DNA of 63,117 bases, filler included, from Stramenopiles sp. TOSAG23-6 (Eukaryota): the NCBI GenBank assembly GCA_900128565.1. It is 7 parts of 7 records of this genome, joined end to end, with 100 filler letters (N's around TTAATTAATTAA, not from the genome) between each part and the next. Parts side by side here need not be neighbours in the genome. Positions count along the whole stretch, not along the records: positions 54,239 to 63,117 come from LT636409.1; 6 more parts are not named here. The stretch is one strand, 5' to 3'. The notes below the pieces were generated by a model. It made no database searches, was not told where the DNA came from, and saw only the letters and a program-made list of their open reading frames with translations. The translations under genes and the position numbers were made by a program. Positions 62,247 through 63,117 of this stretch are shown here, piece by piece; the first letter of the stretch is position 1, and each line of letters starts with the position of its first letter.

Positions 62247-62618
62247 ATGCCTGGAAATCCCGTGAATCTTGGCACATTTATGATTTTTCTTTTCAGTATA
62301 CAGTTTTGCGTTGCATCACTCCAGCCAGAAGACGATGGCTTCCTTAGGATTTATGACAAACATTTTGCAGGTTCTTTAATGCAGCTAGGTTCACCATATA
62401 ATATGGATACTTCTTCTCCTCTTCTTCCAACAGTACGTCGTAGACTCTTGCATCACGAAGAAACCGCATTAGAAAGTATGACTAGAGAATTCAAGGAAAC
62501 TACAGACGATTGGCTGACAGTAGATCCTCGGAAAAGTTCAGCAAAATTAACAGTGCAGGAGAGAGACAACGCCGATATTGCGGCCGGCTTTCCTCTACTA
62601 GCACAAACTTCAAGATAA
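62247..62618 (+). CDS. Small secreted hypothetical protein
   Basis: Signal-like FMIFLFSIQFCVA in a ~123-aa ORF. Confidence 0.45.
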   Translation: MPGNPVNLGTFMIFLFSIQFCVASLQPEDDGFLRIYDKHFAGSLMQLGSPYNMDTSSPLLPTVRRRLLHHEETALESMTREFKETTDDWLTVDPRKSSAKLTVQERDNADIAAGFPLLAQTSR

Positions 62619-62724
62619 GTAAAACACAGAAGAATGAATATTTATACACTAAAATTTACTTGTTTTTCATTCAAAATGAAGAATTATTTAACACTTTACT
62701 TTGGGGTGATTCAACGGGTGAAGG

Positions 62725-63091
62725 CTAGTCATGAATTCGATTTAGTCTTCTTTGCACTTCCGCCTGAGCTAGCTGAAGCCTCATTGCCTGAGAACTTTTA
62801 AGAGTACTATCATTGACAACTTCCGGTTCAAAAATATCTAGTTTTCTGCGAGGACTTGGAGGATTGACCTTTGTCGAAGATGGTGAAAGATTACCACCTC
62901 CAAATTTTGGTCCTGAAGACTGAAGCCAACCAAATTTTGAAATGGCAGTTTCAACAACGACATTTTCAGATGAAATACTTTTTACAATATTTTTTGATTG
63001 TAGTTCATTCATGCTTATACCACTATTGTGTGTTTTTTCGTTTGTAGACATTGATCGGTTTGAATTCTTTTGAAGGCGCAAGAAATCTTTC
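62725..63091 (-). CDS. Terminal exon of an unknown gene
   Basis: The ORF begins right after the intron 3' consensus TTTCCAAAATACAT at the window end. Confidence 0.45.
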
Positions 63092-63117
63092 ATGTATTTT
63101 GGAAAAATATTTCAAAA

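Noticed and set aside
1918-63093. Alternative genetic code or stop-codon readthrough explaining broken ORFs
   Set aside because: Removing the introns restores frames in nearly all cases checked, and TAA, TAG and TGA all terminate conserved genes.

Overview
AT-rich, gene-dense nuclear DNA of a microbial eukaryote; a stramenopile-like protist is my inference. It uses the standard genetic code and carries TTAGGG-type repeats. The window is seven unrelated ~8.9 kb contigs of decreasing size joined by N-TTAATTAATTAA-N spacers. Recognisable genes: RNA Pol III subunit RPC3, LYRM2-like, FAIM+PX protein, histone H2B, a RAD16-like SNF2 helicase, ABCD transporter, V-ATPase subunit H, a Tubby-domain protein, JmjC, EF-hand, MFS, RCC1- and LRR-repeat proteins, and an ENaC/DEG-like channel candidate. 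Main signal: almost every intron belongs to one ~90-135 nt repeat family (GTATGTTTT...CGTACGAAATTTTGTACCTAAC...TTTTGAAATATTTTTCCAAAATAC-NN). Restoring conserved protein motifs requires the 3' splice site to be mostly AT, sometimes TT, AA or GT, and only rarely AG. That NN usually duplicates the 2 nt before the GT, like a target-site duplication. This suggests an introner-type invasion combined with AG-independent 3' splice-site choice. Secondary signals: about 20 short (TTAGGG)2-3 insertions inside exons, introns and spacers (one polymorphic), and secreted proteins sharing a leader and an F-box-like motif. A 6.9 kb perfect palindrome is most likely an assembly fold-back.
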